A stretch of 64,000 nt of DNA. Origin: an uncultured bacterium (GTDB lineage: Bacteria; Babelota; Babeliae; Babelales; Vermiphilaceae). The notes beneath the pieces are model-generated. The model did no database searches. It worked only from the letters and a program-made list of their open reading frames with translations, and had not been told where the DNA came from. Positions 44,077-58,983 of this stretch are shown here, one piece after another. Both the position numbers and the translations under genes were made by a program. The DNA lies in the NCBI GenBank assembly GCA_963702025.1, contig OY969699.1:1472001-1536000 (forward strand). Direction: 5' to 3'. Each line of letters opens with the position of its first letter. The stretch's first letter is position 1.

Positions 44077-46134
44077 TTAAATACCGAGAGCAATATAGTT
44101 AAACGGCACATTAAAATTTGCTGGACTCATTATTGTTGCTGATTGATTCGTAATCAAATTAATACTCAACGTTACTGAGGTTCCACTAATAGAATTGGCA
44201 CATATAACCGGTGGATTACTAAATCCGGCAGCACTATAATCTATGGAAACCTGCCCTCGAAGTCCTGTATTTGCAACTCCAGAAAAGATTTTAACAAATG
44301 GCCCCTGCGTGCTTCCTACCGAATTTAGATCCAATGAGCTTGTATTAAAAACAATGTTCCCAGAACCTAAAATATCACCCTTTATTAATGCTCCCCCACC
44401 ATTAATAGTCAGTGCAGTTCCGGCAGTAGGGGTATTGATGAGCAAAGCTCCATTGCTATCAATAGCAACACGCTCAATTCCCTGGGTACTTATTGATAAT
44501 GTACCCGCATCGGCCGATAATCCGGTAGTTAAACTACCGTCAAATTGTAAAGCCGGTTGAGCAAATGTTCCCGAAGGCAACACCAGCGAACCGGACATGG
44601 TATCACCCGATTTTAATAGATTTTGAGTTGCGCTCCCGATAACGTTTCCTAGCAAATCGGCTGATATTACTTGAGCGCTAAAATTACCCAGTGTATCGCG
44701 GGCAACGATGGCTCCGGAGCTATTTAACGCGGTCGCCGTTGTTGCGGAATTAAGAACTTTGCCGGGAGTCTGAATTGTTTGCAATTTGGCATCTGCAATA
44801 GCCGCAGCGGCATTAATATCGCTATTAATTATGCTGTTATTTAAATTGAGCTTGGCATATGCAATATTCGCATCAGCGGCAATGTTAACATCGGCAATTC
44901 CAAAAATATCCGGCGCATTATAATCATTAGGAAAATTGATCACGCCATTAACACCAAATGTAGTATCAAGAGAACCATTAGTATTATAACGTAAAACAAC
45001 TGTCCCGTTATTTGAACTTCCACTCACTATAATTTGGCCATTGGATTGCAATGAAACAGAATTGGCAAGGGCCGTGGTGCCTGCTTCTGTTATCACAATA
45101 CCGCCTGAACCAAATGTGGTATCCAGAGAGCCATTCCTAGTATAGCGCGCAAGGGCAATATCGTTTTGTGAAAAGCCAACGGCAACAATCTTGCCATCAC
45201 TTTGCAATACAATATCATTAATTTGCGCACTGCTGCCAATAGCAGTGGTCACAATACCACCAAATCCAAAGGTTGTATCTAAAGATCCATTCGCTTTATA
45301 GCGTGCGAGCGCAAATTTTGCATTGCTCACCCCTGCCGCAATAATATAATTATTGGATTGAACAGCGATTGCATAAGCGCAAGCATCAGATCCTATGGGC
45401 GTAACGATGGTGCCGACACTACCAAAAGTAGTATCGAGTGAGCCATCGGTATTAAACCGCACCAAACCAAATTCACGCGTTCCGGCATTCACCGTATACC
45501 CGACTGTAATAATTTTTCCAGTATTTTGAAATGCAAAATCATAAGCACCCGCATTACCAAAAATGCGTTTGGTTGCTATACCACTCTCGCCAAATGAAGC
45601 GTCGAGAGTTCCATCAGCCTTATAACGAACAACAGTTACAATCGGTGCACCGCCGATTATGGAGGTACCCGCAGCAACATATCGATTGCTCGAATCAACC
45701 ATAATGGCATGCGCGCATGCGCCAGTCCCTATATATTGAGTAACAATACCGCTACCATTGAATGCCAGATCAAGATCGCCATTCTTATTGTACTGCGCAA
45801 GTGCAAATGTGGTCCCTGCCGATAGCTGCGCCAAGCCCGCAACTACCGCTTGACCGCTATTCATTGTTAATGCGTTAATAATAGCATCGGTACCAAGCGG
45901 CGTTGCAACATAGCCGTTATACCCATATGCGGTATCAATCGTTCCAAATGGCGTATAGCGGGCGAGCATTAATTGCTGCAAATTATTTACCGTTACCGTC
46001 CCTGCCACAATAATTTTATTATCATTTTGTAGTTGAACCGCATTTCCTTGCGCATTGGTAACTCCTAACGTTGCCATTATGCATATATTATGAGATAGCA
46101 GAAAGAAAATACCTATTTTTAAAACAATCCTCAT
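44077..46134 (-). CDS. Delta-60 repeat protein with tail-fibre-like stalk and tip (start 46134 or 46140)
   Basis: AAGGAG SD upstream; IAYAKLNL..IINSDINAAAAIADAKL; ends NYIALGI. Confidence 0.85.
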   Translation of the reverse strand: MRIVLKIGIFFLLSHNICIMATLGVTNAQGNAVQLQNDNKIIVAGTVTVNNLQQLMLARYTPFGTIDTAYGYNGYVATPLGTDAIINALTMNSGQAVVAGLAQLSAGTTFALAQYNKNGDLDLAFNGSGIVTQYIGTGACAHAIMVDSSNRYVAAGTSIIGGAPIVTVVRYKADGTLDASFGESGIATKRIFGNAGAYDFAFQNTGKIITVGYTVNAGTREFGLVRFNTDGSLDTTFGSVGTIVTPIGSDACAYAIAVQSNNYIIAAGVSNAKFALARYKANGSLDTTFGFGGIVTTAIGSSAQINDIVLQSDGKIVAVGFSQNDIALARYTRNGSLDTTFGSGGIVITEAGTTALANSVSLQSNGQIIVSGSSNNGTVVLRYNTNGSLDTTFGVNGVINFPNDYNAPDIFGIADVNIAADANIAYAKLNLNNSIINSDINAAAAIADAKLQTIQTPGKVLNSATTATALNSSGAIVARDTLGNFSAQVISADLLGNVIGSATQNLLKSGDTMSGSLVLPSGTFAQPALQFDGSLTTGLSADAGTLSISTQGIERVAIDSNGALLINTPTAGTALTINGGGALIKGDILGSGNIVFNTSSLDLNSVGSTQGPFVKIFSGVANTGLRGQVSIDYSAAGFSNPPVICANSISGTSVTLSINLITNQSATIMSPANFNVPFNYIALGI

Positions 46135-46228
46135 CGGCACGGTAACTCCTTTAAATGTAACCTTACTTCTTTGACCATACAAACTACTTTAAATTAATAA
46201 ATCCCTTCTCAATTAATTATTTAAAGAC

Positions 46229-50575
<4,347 letters not shown>

Positions 50576-50578
50576 TCC

Positions 50579-51352
50579 TTAGGAAACACGTGTTATGGTG
50601 AGAGTAATACTCGGTTGCACACCATTGATTGGTGTCATAATACTGCTATTGCCACTATTTGCCTCTAATTGCACAAAATCTGTCCCACCGGTAAATTGCA
50701 GTTTAAGCACATCGTTCTCATTAATCGATGCAATAAAAGAACGCGTTAGCGATAATGGTTTATTATTTGTTGGTTGTTGAATTGTTCCTTGGCTGCCGGG
50801 TATCTCAACACCATTAAGCACCGCAATTATACTAACGTTTGATAGCTGGGAGTTGGTGATGCGGCAAATCGCATCATATTCAATTAAATAATTGCCCGTC
50901 TGCGCACAAAAAAACTCTGCCGACGGCGGTAAAATTACCCATCCATTGATGATCGGCGCATCGGTGAATATTATATCCTGAAACGTTGGTGCAGAAACGC
51001 CAATAGTTTGAGTTATTGCTCGGTAAGCAAAAACATAATTAGCCCCGATCGCCCCACTGTTATAGATGGTGCCGCACACTACAAGGTTTCCTTGAACCTG
51101 TAAATTCTGTCCAATACATGCATTATTTGATACTTGCAAACTACAAAACTGTGAGCCCGTTAATGAGCAGCCGGAAGCACAGGCGCAGGTGATACACGAA
51201 CGAATATGCGCTAAATAATCTTGCGAAAGACCGCTATTTTCATCCAGAAATGATATAGGTCCCTTTTTTTCTTGCGCATTGATATCGAATGATTCTAATA
51301 ATATGAGCAAGAAAAAAAGATAGTTTTGTTTTATAGAATAAATGTACCTCAT
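50579..51352 (-). CDS. Secreted BclA/C1q-like domain protein with Cys-rich neck, first gene of the fibre cluster
   Basis: C-terminal domain matches those of 37028 and 46229 (NYVFAY, C.QTG.Y, LNG.EIPGSQ, TITRVS). Confidence 0.75.
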   Translation of the reverse strand: MRYIYSIKQNYLFFLLILLESFDINAQEKKGPISFLDENSGLSQDYLAHIRSCITCACASGCSLTGSQFCSLQVSNNACIGQNLQVQGNLVVCGTIYNSGAIGANYVFAYRAITQTIGVSAPTFQDIIFTDAPIINGWVILPPSAEFFCAQTGNYLIEYDAICRITNSQLSNVSIIAVLNGVEIPGSQGTIQQPTNNKPLSLTRSFIASINENDVLKLQFTGGTDFVQLEANSGNSSIMTPINGVQPSITLTITRVS

Positions 51353-51584
51353 ACTACATCCCTTTTTTTTTATAGCATTACATTAGAGTTACTATATTTT
51401 TATATTCTACGCAACGAATTTTAACATGAACCCAAAAACAATTTAAGCAATAGTATTTAGCAATAAAATGAAGCATGCAAAAATTAATTTCCTTGCCAGG
51501 AACTGTTTTGTTGTATACCATATTCCGCGCGGATACAAAAAGTAAAAAAAATTCAAAATCAAAAAAATCATACGGAGTAGCATA

Positions 51585-53123
51585 ATGCGGCACATAAAAA
51601 TATCTTTGCAGCTAATAATCCTTTGCTTGGTAAACTCTAACGCATTTCCTCTGGTGAAAGTAAGTATAATAACTCACTTTGATAAAAATGATTCAATCGT
51701 TGATTTTTTGCATCAAGCAAGTGAGGAGGATTATGAAAATTGTCAGATATTGTTAGTTTCTAATAATGCCAGCCAACAACAAATAGCCGCAATTAAACAA
51801 TTTCAATATCTTTTGCATAATATAGTCTGTATTACTGATGAAACAAAAACTGTCGCAGCTCTTCTTAATGAAGCAATCAAAAATTCTTCAGGAAAATTCA
51901 TTACCCATTTACGCGTTGAGGATTATCGCCCGGCAGCATTGTTTAAAGCGCAAGCTAACGAGCTTGAAAAGAATAGCTCAGTTGATGTGGTATATGGCGA
52001 TTATTATATTACCTATGATAAAAATAAACCTACCAAGCAAGCAGATAAATGGTATTTAAGTGATCTACCTGAATTTAGTCCCCATTTACTTTATCGTGAT
52101 GTCCCGGGCCATCAAGCCATGTGGCGCAAATCACTGCACGAAAAATATGGTTATTTTAAAGAAGATTTTGAATTCCATTTTTTGTGGGAATTTTGGAACC
52201 GATGCGGCGCGCATGATGTTTTGTTTAAGAAGATAACGGGCAACCCGGGCACCTACTATTTTAACTATTTTAATCAGAAAAGAACAATGTTTGGCCCCGC
52301 CGATTTTGAAAAAAGCTATCAAGAAGAAAAATATATCCGCGACAGCTACTCCTCTTTGTGGAAACTCAAAGAGATTCAAAAGCCTTTTGTGATAGTTACT
52401 GCATCATATAAAAACAAGGATTGGTACAAATGGAACTTGGATATTATTTTATGTCAAAATTACACCAATTATCGCATCATCTATATTGATGATAAATCTC
52501 CCGATGATACCGGTAGATTAGTACAAGAATATGCCAAATCATTAGGCAAAGAAGACTTGATTGAAGTTATTATCAATGATCATAATGTCGGCGCCCTGGA
52601 AAACATATATAATGCTATTCATTCATGTAAAAAATATGAGATAGTGCTTCTTGTTGACGGTGATGACACGCTTGCCCATTATGATGTTTTGAAATATTTA
52701 AATACGGCCTATCAAGATCCTAACGTTTGGCTCACTTATGGCCAGTTTCAATGGTTCCCGGCGAACATTCCGGGATTTGCGCGTGAGATTCCGTCCGGTG
52801 TGCTTGAAAACAATACAATTCGCGAACATCGCTGGTTAACCACCCATTTGCGTACGTTTTATGCAGGATTGTTCCAGCTTATCAAGAGAGAAGATTTACT
52901 CTGGAACGATAGGTTTTTCCCCATGGCATGGGATCTTGGCATTATGTATCCCATGATAGAAATGGCCGCCTTTCGTACCAAATTTATTCCCGATATTCTT
53001 TATTTGTATAATACCGCAAATCAGATTAACGATAATAAAGTAAATCTTGACCTTCAAGGCGAAATTGATACTTTTATTCGGCATAAACAAAGATATCAAC
53101 CGATTTCAAGTTTCTTATATTAA
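51585..53123 (+). CDS. Two-domain GT2-family glycosyltransferase with signal-like N-terminus
   Basis: Degenerate N-terminal GT-A domain; C-terminal domain with IDDKSPD and VDGDD motifs. Confidence 0.85.
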   Translation: MRHIKISLQLIILCLVNSNAFPLVKVSIITHFDKNDSIVDFLHQASEEDYENCQILLVSNNASQQQIAAIKQFQYLLHNIVCITDETKTVAALLNEAIKNSSGKFITHLRVEDYRPAALFKAQANELEKNSSVDVVYGDYYITYDKNKPTKQADKWYLSDLPEFSPHLLYRDVPGHQAMWRKSLHEKYGYFKEDFEFHFLWEFWNRCGAHDVLFKKITGNPGTYYFNYFNQKRTMFGPADFEKSYQEEKYIRDSYSSLWKLKEIQKPFVIVTASYKNKDWYKWNLDIILCQNYTNYRIIYIDDKSPDDTGRLVQEYAKSLGKEDLIEVIINDHNVGALENIYNAIHSCKKYEIVLLVDGDDTLAHYDVLKYLNTAYQDPNVWLTYGQFQWFPANIPGFAREIPSGVLENNTIREHRWLTTHLRTFYAGLFQLIKREDLLWNDRFFPMAWDLGIMYPMIEMAAFRTKFIPDILYLYNTANQINDNKVNLDLQGEIDTFIRHKQRYQPISSFLY

Positions 53124-53372
53124 CGTGAACTCGACCTAAGAAAATTTTACCTATGTCCGCTCGTGGTGAGTGATTGCGAAGCAATCGTACCTGTCCTCCG
53201 AAGCTTTAGCGTAGGACGGATCGAACCATGCGGACAAAACACAATTGATTTTATTACTCAAAAGGCCGCATAGATTCGATATGCCTCATTTCATTCGGCT
53301 ACTCACTACGAGCGGCCTGAAGAAATTTACCTAAACTAAAGCTTTTTTATCAATTCTTAGGTCGAACTCGCG
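53124..53372. mobile_element. MITE-like non-autonomous element enclosing nested REP-like palindromes
   Basis: Terminal IR CGTGAACTCGACCTAAGAA / TTCTTAGGTCGAACTCGCG, flanked by direct repeat TTATATTAA (53115-53123, 53373-53381). Confidence 0.7.
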
Positions 53373-53393
53373 TTATATTAATTATTTTCTAAA

Positions 53394-53432
53394 AACTGAT
53401 TCGCCGCAAGTAACGCTTGCGGCGAATCAGTT
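53394..53432. terminator. Perfect 17-bp hairpin between convergent genes
   Basis: AACTGATTCGCCGCAAG-TAACG-CTTGCGGCGAATCAGTT. Confidence 0.7.
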
Positions 53433-53457
53433 AACTTATGAACTTTTTAGGGAATGT

Positions 53458-54834
53458 CTAGTAAATGCCAACCGAAACGATCACGTCTCCCGTTTGCGCG
53501 CCGGCGGTTGATGATATTTGCATACAGATATCATCACCTTGGTCAAAGTGAACAGATACCGTATCCATAATTGCGAAAGTTTCTAAATCGCTCAACGTTA
53601 TTGATAGGATGGTATCCAGAGGCACAAGATCAGTTGGCCGTTTACGCTGTAAGGTAAATGTAGTGGACTGCCCGAGCCCCGGTGGGTCAACAACACGAAC
53701 AGTCATTGATAGAGCAACAAATTTTTGCAAAGCACTAATTAAAATGGGAATAAATGAAGCAAACCCCGTACCCGGACGCAAATAAAGCGTATCTCCCGGA
53801 CCAACGGGATTATCTGAATCTGCCCAAATAAAAAATGATGGGTAATCTAAGGAATCAAATCCAAGACCATTTGCTGTAGAATTAAATAAATACGTTGAAC
53901 CTAAACCCAATGTTCCGGAAGTTTGAGAAATATCAGCAGTTGAACCGCTTACTTGAGAACTAAAGCAGGATATAATCGTTATACCCGACATACTATTGGT
54001 TTCGATCCCAATCGAATCAGTCCCGCCATCCACTTGAATTGATGAAGTAGTCATTACGATATATTGATCCGACTCGGCAAGGACCCCTCTGGATCTCCCG
54101 CTACTATTTGAAGTAACATTTATAATTACTACTCCAAAAAGATCATTTATCGTTGGTACTGACAAACCGGTATAATTAACACCAATAATATCTGAAGTTG
54201 TAGGGCCCGCTTCAGTATTATCTAAGATAATTCGCACATATGTGATAGTGGTTGTTTCAAGATCCGGCCCTCCGGGGCTAACATGAGTAATCCCACGGAT
54301 TTGAACATCAGCAGCAGCAGTTACTTTTAAATCCAAAAATAAAAGACTTCCGCCTTCTCCTAATGTTATTAAATCAGTCGGCTCAGTAACGTTCAATTGT
54401 TGAATAGTCACAGTGTTTATGGAAACGCCCGCTAAGGTAACCCCCTCCGGCACAACAAGGACCTCATTATATACACCGGGATAAACCAACACTAAATCGC
54501 CATCATCCGCTTGTGACAATGCGACACCAATTGTTTGAAAGCGCGGACCATTTGCAGCACCTATATCATCATCGCCATCCACCTGATCAACAATCAGCGT
54601 ATTGCCGTAGCCGCCAATGATCGGGGTGCCGTTCACACATAACTGGCCGGTAACATTTGCATTGCAAAAGTTAGCCACCGATCCGGTGAAAGAACAGGTG
54701 CGCAACAGTTGCTGTTGAATCATGGGATCACTCGGTAAAGATCGTGGAATTTTGGCATACGAATTGCCACATACCAATAAATAAAAAAACACTAATACGC
54801 AATATTTCCATTTATGAAAGAAATATGACAGCAT
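53458..54834 (-). CDS. Secreted beta-helix (pectin-lyase/tailspike-like) protein
   Basis: Signal peptide; VDQVDGDD..F.TI..AL..GD.VLVYPGVYNE..VPEGVTL.G entry motif; acidic, beta-rich body. Confidence 0.7.
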   Translation of the reverse strand: MLSYFFHKWKYCVLVFFYLLVCGNSYAKIPRSLPSDPMIQQQLLRTCSFTGSVANFCNANVTGQLCVNGTPIIGGYGNTLIVDQVDGDDDIGAANGPRFQTIGVALSQADDGDLVLVYPGVYNEVLVVPEGVTLAGVSINTVTIQQLNVTEPTDLITLGEGGSLLFLDLKVTAAADVQIRGITHVSPGGPDLETTTITYVRIILDNTEAGPTTSDIIGVNYTGLSVPTINDLFGVVIINVTSNSSGRSRGVLAESDQYIVMTTSSIQVDGGTDSIGIETNSMSGITIISCFSSQVSGSTADISQTSGTLGLGSTYLFNSTANGLGFDSLDYPSFFIWADSDNPVGPGDTLYLRPGTGFASFIPILISALQKFVALSMTVRVVDPPGLGQSTTFTLQRKRPTDLVPLDTILSITLSDLETFAIMDTVSVHFDQGDDICMQISSTAGAQTGDVIVSVGIY

Positions 54835-55008
54835 TGTCTACCTTTTTTTAGCGAAAACATAATTAACTATTACTCAACCAATTTGAGCCAATCAAAATAT
54901 CTTTGTCAAGAATTAAAATACTTCTGACAAATCACAAAGATGTGTGGAGTATGACTGAGAAAGGATTTAGCAAATCATTAGGAATTCTTGATTCCCCAAG
55001 GCAAAAAT

Positions 55009-56367
55009 TTACGGCAAAAGCTGATGCAACTTACTCATCAAGTAAAAGGGAATTGAAAATAATGTATATTGCACTTGTTCCCCTTGATGATTCTTTACAT
55101 TAACCGCGGTTTGACTTGGCAAATCAGAATTTATGCGGACCGCTGTAGTAAATTTCTTTAATCCCATAAAAAAATGCAATGATTTTAAACTACCGGTGCT
55201 CCCCGCTTTAACTTCCACCGGAATCACTTGATTACGATGTTGCATCACATAGTCAATTTCTGCATTCGAGCCTTTCTGATCGCGGTGCCAATAATAAAGA
55301 GCCGGTTCAACATAAAAAGGAGCAACAGTACGTAAAATCTGCCCCACTACTTGTTCGGCAATACCACGCTTGTTAACTAAATCAATTTCATCTATTGCGG
55401 ATAGCTGATCAAGAGATAACCCCAAAACTGTTGAACATAATCCAACATCTAAAAAAATTACCTTCATATATTTATCTTGAATTTCGGCCGCAAGAGGTAT
55501 TCCATTTGCGGCGCACCCGACCACACGATGACACACTCTCGCTTTGAAAAGTAAATCTAATGATTGCTTAATTGCGGGTATTTGCACAGAAGGATTTATT
55601 TTGCTATAAACAAATTTTTCGCCCAGATATAGGGGAACGGCCATCATAACTTCATCTAATCTTTGCGTGTTCATTCGCCCGCTATACTTGGCAAAATCAT
55701 CCCGATACGTAGCCATAAGATCATGATGCACTTGGCTAACTTCTTTGAGGGACCGTTTATGTATCCAATCATCTACTGCTTGCGGCATCCCTCCAATAAT
55801 TATGTACTCCTTAAAAAGCGTTAGAAGTTGCTCATGAATTTCTTGTGGAATTTCTGTCTCCCATTTAAAAGCGCTTATATATTCAACAAGCAAAGGCTTA
55901 TTGTTTGCCTGTAAAAATTCCTCGAAGGATAATGGCTCGAGATACATGTAATTGATACGGCCCACCGGCATACTAAAAGTATGCTCGGCAAGAACAAATT
56001 CCAAAAGGGACCCGGCAGCAATAACAGGCAACTCCGGCATATCCTCAGCGAACCATCGCAACTTAGCTAAAAGTTCGGGCGCGGCTTGAATCTCATCCAA
56101 AAATAATACGCATGTACTTGGATCAATAGATTCATTAAATGCCGCACTGAGATTGAGTATTATTCGTTGTGGGTCATTAGATGCAAAAAGAGATACTAAT
56201 TGCGGACGTTTTTCTAAATTTATTTCAATAAGTATCCGCTTCTGCCCTTTTGCCAACTCTCGCACGAGCCATGTTTTGCCAACTTGACGCGCACCGCGAA
56301 TCACTAGTGGCTTACGGGTAGTTGATGCCAACCATTCATTAAGAAATGGCATCCCTTTTCGATACAT
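55009..56367 (-). CDS. AAA_14 / DUF4143 ATP-binding protein
   Basis: GARQVGKT, LDEIQ, GGMP, D.GL, EIDY..PVEVK nuclease-like motif. Confidence 0.9.
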   Translation of the reverse strand: MYRKGMPFLNEWLASTTRKPLVIRGARQVGKTWLVRELAKGQKRILIEINLEKRPQLVSLFASNDPQRIILNLSAAFNESIDPSTCVLFLDEIQAAPELLAKLRWFAEDMPELPVIAAGSLLEFVLAEHTFSMPVGRINYMYLEPLSFEEFLQANNKPLLVEYISAFKWETEIPQEIHEQLLTLFKEYIIIGGMPQAVDDWIHKRSLKEVSQVHHDLMATYRDDFAKYSGRMNTQRLDEVMMAVPLYLGEKFVYSKINPSVQIPAIKQSLDLLFKARVCHRVVGCAANGIPLAAEIQDKYMKVIFLDVGLCSTVLGLSLDQLSAIDEIDLVNKRGIAEQVVGQILRTVAPFYVEPALYYWHRDQKGSNAEIDYVMQHRNQVIPVEVKAGSTGSLKSLHFFMGLKKFTTAVRINSDLPSQTAVNVKNHQGEQVQYTLFSIPFYLMSKLHQLLP

Positions 56368-56552
56368 TATAAGGCCTCCTTGATGGTAATTTTAATAATT
56401 CTAACTGGTTAAATTAAGCCAAGTCAATAAAAGAGGGGGTTCTTTTTTAGAACAATTAATAAAAAGAGACGGTTGTTTTTAATTATAATATATAAATAAT
56501 ATTGTCATAATATATAATATATGATATTTTGATAAGCAAGGAGTATAAAATC

Positions 56553-56780
56553 ATGAAAAAAATAAATGTTACTTTTTCAATACCTACAGAAACAAATGAG
56601 CTTTTACATGCCCTAATCGGCAAAAAAAAATTGAGTTCTTTTGTCGCATCAACACTCAATAAAGCCCTTGAAGAAAAAATGGAAGCATTAAAAAGGGAAT
56701 ATGCCGAAGCTGAAAGAGACCCTGACAGAAAAAAAACTATTGAAGAATGGAAAACTCTCGATGCAGAGGGCTGGGAATGA
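56553..56780 (+). CDS. Putative antitoxin (RHH-like)
   Basis: 75-aa ORF with AAGGAG SD and INVTFSIP beta strand; ATGA overlap with the toxin gene. Confidence 0.75.
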   Translation: MKKINVTFSIPTETNELLHALIGKKKLSSFVASTLNKALEEKMEALKREYAEAERDPDRKKTIEEWKTLDAEGWE

Positions 56781-57112
56781 GCAAATATCCAAAAAGAGGG
56801 GAAATCTTTTGGGTCCATCTTGATCCAACAGTCGGCTCAGAGATCACCAAAAATCGTCCCTGTGTTATTATATCCAATAATGCCGGCAACCAAACATCAT
56901 CGAGAGTTATCGTCGCTCCTATCACAAGTAGTGTAAAAAGAATATTTAGTTTTGAGGTTCCCATTGAAATTAAAGGGAAAAAAGGAAAAATTCTTTTGGA
57001 TCAGATCAGGGCAATCGATAAAATTCGGATTTCTAACAAAATAGAATCTTGTAATGATGATATCATGGATGCCGTAGAAGATGCCTTAAAGATTGTTTTG
57101 GCGCTCAATTAA
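56777..57112 (+). CDS. mazF: PemK/MazF family toxin
   Basis: RGEIFWV.LDPTVGSEI.K.RPCVIIS, VAPITS, DQIRAIDK.RI. Confidence 0.93.
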   Translation: MSKYPKRGEIFWVHLDPTVGSEITKNRPCVIISNNAGNQTSSRVIVAPITSSVKRIFSFEVPIEIKGKKGKILLDQIRAIDKIRISNKIESCNDDIMDAVEDALKIVLALN

Positions 57113-57229
57113 TGAAGTGCAGTGCTTAACGGCTCTTAAGAATAATCTTGCTTCTTCAAGAAATATTACGGAGCCCAAGAAGGAAATATACGCTCTACCA
57201 AAAAATAGATAAAATAAATCTGGCTGCGA

Positions 57230-58009
57230 TTAAAGCGCTGTCTGAAACTCTTTATGATTCTTAGAAAGTGCCAACAATCGTGGCACAAAAGGAAGATCCC
57301 AAAACTCCGGATAACAATAAGATGGGCAAAGAGCCACCGTTGGTGGATTATCAATAAAATAGCGATTTAAATGACTTTCATCATGCCATTTGGCGATAAT
57401 TTTTTGACCAAGATCCTGCACAATATGTTCGGCGCAGGTGGCTGTCAGCTTTAAAAATTCCTGGGTGGTGCCGCCATAAAATCCGCCGGCAAAATAGTAA
57501 AGCCCTTCACCATCACGCACGCAGGCGGTTGAGGCCGCATTTCTTTCATAGTCGTCATGCCGCTGATCCGGCAAAGTAAACCCCGGATGGCGCGTGGCAA
57601 CTCGTTCACCCAGAATTTCATCCCCCACCATGTTTACAAAAAGCATATCCGCATCACAGGCAAATAAATAATCAATCTCTTCAAAATAGGATGCGGCATT
57701 CCAATACACACTAAAACGCATCATGGTATCATAGGGCCAGCCAAGCCGTTTTTGTTCGATGCGGACCACGTTATCCGCTTGTGGCACGTGCCCATCAGTA
57801 AAAATAAAATAGGTGCGATGGTAACCGGGCAAAAAATAGGCATCGGCTGATTCCACTAATTCTTTAAGAAAAACCGTATATTTACCCGTTGCCATAATGA
57901 GCAAGCCAACGTTAAAACGCGGTTTTTCCGGATTTGCAGCATCGGATATATGATTCAAAAAAAGAATACCCATACTTAAATACAAAAATCTACGTAGTAA
58001 TTGGTTCAT
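57230..58009 (-). CDS. GT6 family (ABO-like alpha-1,3-Gal/GalNAc) glycosyltransferase with signal peptide
   Basis: ATGKY, FIFTD, WP..TMMRF, DAD, HPG, YER, YFAGGFYGG, WHDESHLNRY. Confidence 0.9.
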   Translation of the reverse strand: MNQLLRRFLYLSMGILFLNHISDAANPEKPRFNVGLLIMATGKYTVFLKELVESADAYFLPGYHRTYFIFTDGHVPQADNVVRIEQKRLGWPYDTMMRFSVYWNAASYFEEIDYLFACDADMLFVNMVGDEILGERVATRHPGFTLPDQRHDDYERNAASTACVRDGEGLYYFAGGFYGGTTQEFLKLTATCAEHIVQDLGQKIIAKWHDESHLNRYFIDNPPTVALCPSYCYPEFWDLPFVPRLLALSKNHKEFQTAL

Positions 58010-58025
58010 ATATCCTCAGTTTGTA

Positions 58026-58256
58026 CTCCTCCGTTCGCCTCGATGGAGCGCCCTTCGACAAAAAGCTCAGGATAAACTCCGCGCGAGTGCCTGTCCGCCG
58101 AAGCCTTGGCGAAGGCTGGAGAGAGGTCTCCATTCGGCCTTTCAGGCCTCTGGTTCGATGCGGCCAAAAGTGGCCTTACTCACCATAGACCTTCGACTGC
58201 CGCGGCCCCCGATTATCCTGAGCGAGAGAATCGAGTCGAAGGACCCGAACGGGGAG
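58026..58256. repeat. GC-rich nested palindromic (REP-like) element
   Basis: Outer IR CCGTTCG/CGAACGG; inner CCTTCGAC..GCTCAGGATAA / TTATCCTGAGC..GTCGAAGG; embedded CCTGTCCGCCGAAGCCTTGGCGAAGGCTGG. Confidence 0.75.
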
Positions 58257-58260
58257 AGGT

Positions 58261-58947
58261 TCACCCTACCATAATATGCAAAATACATTCATCTTTATTT
58301 TTGACTTCTTGCCAGCTAAAACTTTTCACTTTATCTATGGTTTTTAGGAACGCTTCCATTTTTAATTTGCTATAGCGGTTTTGATAAGTGGTGTAGCCGC
58401 CAACGTTCACCATCCCACCCTTATCTTTAGCGCTATTATCCGGCGCCATAAAGAATACTACCAAAACTTCCTTGCCGGCTACGCGAATCATCTCTCTCAT
58501 TGCATCTTGATATGAATCGAGATGCTCTAAGATATGCCGCGCATACACTATATCAAAACTAGAATCGGCATGCGGCATATTTTGAATGCGGGCCCTTTCA
58601 GCCGGAATTCCCTGTTCTTTAGCTTTGGAAACAAATGTTGAAGAGATATCTAAACCTAAGTAATGAAGATCAGGGCAACTTCTTTTTAAGGGAACATAAT
58701 CAACACAAAAGCCACAGCCGACATCCAATATTGAGGTATATTGCTTTTGGATTATATGCAGCCGTGCCAGAATGCGAGAAACAGCATTTGGATCTCCCCA
58801 CCACCCGGCAAATTCTGCCTGGTTTTTTTCATCGGTAGTTCTAAATTCCCAAATTTCTTCATATTTTTTTAACGGGCCGAAGTCAGCAAATGTAATGCAA
58901 TTAACTGTTACAAAAACCAGAACAAATAATTTTTTACTTAAATTCAT
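58261..58947 (-). CDS. Class I SAM-dependent methyltransferase with signal-like N-terminus
   Basis: ILDVGCG, GLDIS, FDIVYARHILEH; start MNLSKK at 58947 (the ORF-track extension runs through a repeat). Confidence 0.85.
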   Translation of the reverse strand: MNLSKKLFVLVFVTVNCITFADFGPLKKYEEIWEFRTTDEKNQAEFAGWWGDPNAVSRILARLHIIQKQYTSILDVGCGFCVDYVPLKRSCPDLHYLGLDISSTFVSKAKEQGIPAERARIQNMPHADSSFDIVYARHILEHLDSYQDAMREMIRVAGKEVLVVFFMAPDNSAKDKGGMVNVGGYTTYQNRYSKLKMEAFLKTIDKVKSFSWQEVKNKDECILHIMVG

Positions 58948-58983
58948 ATGTATACTCTTAATTTCAATAATGCAATCCGAAAA

